Shown here piece by piece: positions 61,962 to 64,000 of a stretch of 64,000 nt of DNA. A program made the translations under genes and the position numbers. The notes beneath the pieces were generated by a model. It was not told where the DNA came from. It worked only from the letters and a program-made list of their open reading frames with translations, and did no database searches. Location of the stretch: NCBI GenBank assembly GCA_964036045.1, contig OZ038378.1, positions 134,602,001-134,666,000 on the forward strand. The letters run 5' to 3'. The stretch comes from Eutreptiella sp. 'Long Island Sound 2002'. Lineage: Eukaryota; Protista; Euglenida. Each line of letters starts with the position of its first letter. Position 1 is the first letter of the stretch.

Positions 61962-63052
61962 CTAGCAGTGCTTACGCAATGCACACGCAAAGCAAAATTT
62001 CGTATGTCCGCAGCTACTTGAACCGTAGTTTTGGCCTTTTTGCACTACTTGGTTGTTCCATTGCCAACAATGTTCACCAATTTTGAGGAGCCTGCCTCGC
62101 AGCATCCAGACCGAACACCTCATCTCATTTGCGATGTCCGTTTTCTCATTCGCAAGACTGAACGCCTCCTCGACTTTTTTGCACAACTGCTCCTCCTGTT
62201 TCTTGGCTGGACGCGTTCTCTCTTTGAAGTCATCGTGGACAGCTTTTTCAGCTTTACGAAGGTTTTCGATGGCTACCTCTCGTTCGTCCATGGCTCCTTC
62301 TCGCCGCTGCACTGCATCCTCGATCCAAGGATTGATCCTGTCCTTCCAAGCGATCGAGGGATTTTTGGTCTAAGCAAATAGGCTCCACGTTTCCCACAAG
62401 GCTTTGCTTTTAGAGTCATCTTCTTCCCTTTCTTCCATCCATTCACCAATCCAGGTGAGGCGCCCTTTCTCACGGCGTGCGTCAGGAAATTTGATAATGT
62501 TGAGACTCAAATCGCACAGGTCCTTCCTCGGCCCGCAATACGCTCCGTTGTCGGTCCTCTTGTAACAAGCTCATCTGTGCTGATGTTGTGGTCGCTAATC
62601 CTCGTCATCGTCGCTATTGTCATCATACCCATCCCCATCGCAGTTGCCATCGCCACCGTCGTCATCCCCATCCCCGGCGCCCTCGCCAAGGCTGTTGCCA
62701 TAGTTGCCATTGTTGTTGCCATTGCCGTTGTTGCCGCCACTCTTGCCGCCGTCGTCTGCACCTTCAACGTGTTGTCCATCGTGTGGTGCTCCCGCTGCCT
62801 ATTACGTTACTTGTTGGGCTGGCTCACGTTGCTGCGGCGGAGATTTGCCCGAGGGTACATGCTGCGCTTGTGGGTGCTGTTGTTGTACCCCTGCCTGCTT
62901 GGTTACTTGTTGGGCTTGCTTGTGCTGTTGCGGCTGTACCCCTGCTTCCTTCGCTTGTGGCCGCTGTTGTACACCCCCTTGTTGCGATTATGGTGGCTGC
63001 TACTGTGGTACCCCTACTTGCTGCGCTTGTGGATGCTGCTGTACGCCTTCTT
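61962..63052 (-). pseudogene. Decayed low-complexity coding region (Gln-rich repeats, Gly/Asn/Asp tract, coiled-coil), abutting the 63053 element
   Basis: One minus frame reads GVQQ.PQAQQV repeats, then GGNNGNGNNNGNYG and DGDDDGG, then ORF 61962-62312 (EREVAIENLRKAEKAVHDDFKER). Several stops. Confidence 0.4.
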
Positions 63053-64000
63053 CCCTTGGTACACGCTAGAATACCCAATCTCGTTCTAGCCTAGAACAGG
63101 CTGGAGAGGCTAGAGCGAAAAAAAGAGGGGGATCCCCCCCCCGCAGGGGGGGGAGGGATGAGGTGTCCAACCTGGACCCCCCTATCCATACTCGGGGGCC
63201 CATACTTTTTTTTCACAATTTCACTTTTTTCACCTGATTTTGGAGTCCAAAAAATTTTCGTTCTAGCGGCTTTCTAGCGAAGCTCGCTAGAACGTCGCTA
63301 GAACGCCGCTAGAACGGTTCGCTAGAACGCCGCTAGAACAATATATATGAATGCTCTGCCACTCCTCAAAGAGAAGCTGCCCCGGCTACCATGGCCAGCC
63401 GTGGCCAATCACAGGGTCGCGATGCTGGACTCGACTCACGGAGCGCCGGGTTCCCCCCCCCCCCCCCCACCCCCCGGTTAGCCCGGTTAGCCCCCCAACG
63501 CACCCCATAGGTCACTTGGAAGGTCACTTGGTGGGCCGGCGCCGGGTCACGTGGTGGTGGGTTAGCCCTATTAGCCCGGTTAGCCCGATTAGCCCCCCTG
63601 CCCCCCCATGCCCCCATTTGCGAGTCGCGACACGCATGTTACCCCTCCTGCGTGGTGGGGGGTTGCGGGGGCTCATCCTTGCCTGGCACCCCCCTTCTCA
63701 CCCCCACCCCCCGTGTCCCCTTCCTTCTCACCCCCCTTGTCACCCCCCGCCTCACCCCCCTTATCACCCCCCTCCCCCTTGTCACCACCCTCGTCCCCCT
63801 CGTCGTCCCCGTCATCCCCGTCGTCCCCGTCGTCCCCGGCCTCCAAGGCCTCCTGGAGGTGGGCCTCCGTCTCCTCCCGGGTGAGGAAGAGGAGGTCCCC
63901 CGCCACCCGGAAGGTGCCCCCCTCTTTCTCCCGCTTCCTCTTCTTCCCCTTCTTCCCCTTCTTCCCCCCCTCCCCCTCCCCATTGGACCCCTGCGACACC
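63053..64000 (-). mobile_element. Second copy of the group 1 transposon (left TIR, subterminal region, 3' end of ORF2); runs off the window
   Basis: Direct repeat of 1051-~1995. TIR is 43/45 identical to 6424-6468. Flanking sequence is unrelated to the flank at 1050. Confidence 0.92.

Noticed and set aside
1051-64000. The 1051 and 63053 repeats as LTRs of a 62-kb element
   Set aside because: Each starts at the TIR of a DNA transposon, and the first has its own inverted partner at 6468.

Overview
Eukaryotic, repeat-dominated DNA. It has GT-AG spliceosomal introns and a satellite array, and I found no recognisable intact housekeeping gene; the host lineage cannot be determined from the window. 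The centre is a ~15.3 kb tandem satellite (~17996-33330) of ~150-bp monomers (~102 copies) with 6-, 7- and 22-25-monomer higher-order duplications. Each typical monomer carries an RSS-like CACTGTG-N10-CCAAAAACA motif. The flanks are a nest of mostly decayed DNA transposons from three related groups. Their DDE transposases show RAG1/Transib-type motifs (D, D-x~23-CxxC, LH, H-x4-H-x19-E), but the delimited elements end in CCCTT...AAGGG, two of them with matching 2-bp TSDs (a CMC/EnSpm-like signature). Delimited elements are 1051-6468 (two genes, CTAG-hairpin introns), 47223-49596 and 56972-60870, plus a second copy of the first starting at 63053. Further transposase relics lie at 16.3-18.0, 33.3-34.5, 36.6-37.0, 37.5-38.0 and 53.3-55.5 kb. 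Also present: a hAT-type MITE (11825-12334, 8-bp TSD), a decayed RT/RNase H (DIRS/Ngaro-like), an HMG-box relic, a convergent inverted pair of tRNA-like A/B-box units and several minisatellites. All protein assignments come from motif recognition by eye, not database searches.
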